Part shown: piece by piece, positions 62,696-64,000 of the stretch
Layout of the letters: the number at the start of each line of letters is the position of its first letter
Numbering within the stretch: position 1 is the first letter of the stretch
The notes under the pieces: generated by a model
What the model saw: only the letters and a program-made list of their open reading frames with translations
What the model was told of the DNA's origin: nothing
Databases searched by the model: none
Translations under genes and position numbers: made by a program
Origin: a virus
DNA: 64,000 bases
IMG/VR virus record: IMGVR_UViG_3300021963_000084
Span: 18,460 to 82,459 of that record
Direction: 5' to 3' (one strand)

Positions 62696-63087
62696 ATGAT
62701 GACTTTTTTGCAGTAGTAAAACTTATCACAGGAGAAGAAATTCTCGGACTCATTAGTGTTGTGGATGAAGGCATTCTTATTGAGAATGCCTTAATACTAG
62801 AAGATATGAGTATGTTTGAAGAACTTTTAAATCAAGATACTAATGGTATGATAAGATTAACAAAATGGATTAAGTCAACAACAGATAATGTACAATATAT
62901 TAAAGATGATAAAGTTGTAACAATATCTGAATTAATTGAACCAGGACTCACAGTATACAAAAGAGCGGTTACCGACCTTAGTAGAGTGGGAAAGCATAAA
63001 CCTCAAAGTAAAAGAAAATACAACGGTCATAAAAGTACCGTTAAAGAGGCACGTATTAAATTTGAAAAACTATTTAAAGATTATTAG
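62692..63087 (+). CDS. Conserved hypothetical protein, Sm-like N-terminus
   Basis: VVKLITGEEI motif; uvsW-gp55 position typical of T4-like cyanophages. Confidence 0.65.
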   Translation: MNDDFFAVVKLITGEEILGLISVVDEGILIENALILEDMSMFEELLNQDTNGMIRLTKWIKSTTDNVQYIKDDKVVTISELIEPGLTVYKRAVTDLSRVGKHKPQSKRKYNGHKSTVKEARIKFEKLFKDY

Positions 63088-63142
63088 AAGCTATTATTAA
63101 TCTTGAACCTTAACAGAGTGATCCTACTCACAATTTTGATTC

Positions 63143-63171
63143 TTGTCAAGCCCCCTGAAATGTGTTATAAT
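63143..63171 (+). promoter_or_regulatory. Sigma70-like promoter for gp55: TTGTCA-N17-TATAAT with extended -10 (TGn)
   Basis: TTGTCA 63143-63148, TG 63163-63164, TATAAT 63166-63171. Confidence 0.8.
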
Positions 63172-63204
63172 GTACCTACAATCACAAAAGGATAATGACC
63201 ACTG

Positions 63205-63681
63205 ATGAGAATCAAGAAGAAACCAGAGCATTATGTAGACAATAAGGAATTCTTATCTGCATTGTCTGTATACAAAAAGAAAGTTGATACGGCATTGACA
63301 GAGGGCAAAACTCGCCCTATGATTCCTAATTATATTGGTGAATGTTTCCTGAAGATTGCGACTCATCTTTCTTATCGTCCCAACTTCATTAACTATCCTT
63401 TTCGTGAGGATATGATTAGTGATGGAATTGAAAATTGTGTTCAGTATATTGATAACTTTGATCCAGATAGGGGTAATCCTTTTGCCTACTTTACTCAAAT
63501 TATCTACTATGCTTTTCTCAGAAGAATTCAAAAGGAAAAGAAGCAATTAGAAATTAAAGCAAAAATTCTTGAAAGGTCGGGGTATGACGAAGTGTTATAT
63601 GCAGACCGCAATGAGTTGAACTTCTCCAGTTCAGATTACAACGGCATTAAACAAACTATTGAACAAAAAACTAGAAAATGA
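63205..63681 (+). CDS. gp55: Late transcription sigma factor gp55
   Basis: HYVDNKEF, YIGECFLKIA.HLSYRPNF.NY, MISDGIENC, NPFAYFTQI.YYAFLRRI.KEK. Confidence 0.96.
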   Translation: MRIKKKPEHYVDNKEFLSALSVYKKKVDTALTEGKTRPMIPNYIGECFLKIATHLSYRPNFINYPFREDMISDGIENCVQYIDNFDPDRGNPFAYFTQIIYYAFLRRIQKEKKQLEIKAKILERSGYDEVLYADRNELNFSSSDYNGIKQTIEQKTRK

Positions 63682-64000
63682 AAATTGCCCTGATTACTGA
63701 CACACATTATGGATTCAAGAAAGGTAATCAAGATTATCATGATTACTTCAAACGTTTCTATGATAATGTGTTCTTCCCATCTCTAATTAAGCACAAGGTT
63801 AAGCACGTCATTCATATGGGTGATGTATTTGATGTGCGTAGGAATATTGATTTCTGGAGTCTGAATTGGGCGAAGCAAAACATATTTGACACTCTTGAAT
63901 CTATGGGTGTCACTTGTGATTTGATGGTTGGTAATCACGATGCATTTTATAAGAACACTCTGGAGATTAATTCTCTGGAGTGTTTGTTGATGGAATACAG
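63678..64000 (+). CDS. gp47: Recombination endonuclease subunit gp47 (Mre11/SbcD-like), 3' truncated
   Basis: MKIALITDTHYG...HMGDVFD.R...VGNHD metallophosphoesterase motifs; ATGA overlap with the gp55 stop; absent from the ORF track because it runs off the window. Confidence 0.93.
   Translation, partial: MKIALITDTHYGFKKGNQDYHDYFKRFYDNVFFPSLIKHKVKHVIHMGDVFDVRRNIDFWSLNWAKQNIFDTLESMGVTCDLMVGNHDAFYKNTLEINSLECLLMEY

Noticed and set aside
5086-63546. Minus-strand ORFs in the six-frame track
   Set aside because: Nearly all are antisense shadows of well-supported + strand genes, with no recognisable motifs.
1-64000. Alternative genetic code or GATC avoidance
   Set aside because: Genes are full length under the standard code and end in TAA, TGA and TAG. 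GATC occurs repeatedly. Finer k-mer bias needs computation.

Overview
This window is the virion morphogenesis block of a T4-like myophage, most like the cyanomyoviruses (Kyanoviridae-type gene order). All supported genes are on the + strand. Order: gp25 (5'-truncated), gp6, gp7, gp8, a VrlC/DUF4815-like giant, an accessory fibre region (about 19.4-45 kb), gp13-gp16, a four-gene insert, gp17-gp23, gp3, uvsY, uvsW, an Sm-like ORF, gp55 and gp47 (3'-truncated). T4-type late promoters (TATAAATA and variants) and Rho-independent terminators punctuate the block. The most unusual part is 21.8-45 kb. It starts with a sigma70-promoted GT4 glycosyltransferase cassette, closed by a terminator whose loop holds a late promoter. 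A six-gene module follows: two small adaptors, a 393-aa candidate major subunit, a terminator, a 3021-aa tandem-repeat protein, a free-standing Mtd-N-like 62-aa protein, and a 3363-aa nested-domain adhesin-like giant. The giant is an expanded paralogue of a 424-aa gene lying between the terminase subunits. My best hypothesis is a multi-component, possibly ruler-templated fibre appendage. This is inference from sequence only; no database searches were run and family names come from motif recognition. I saw no tRNA, rRNA, CRISPR, intron, intein or mobile element.
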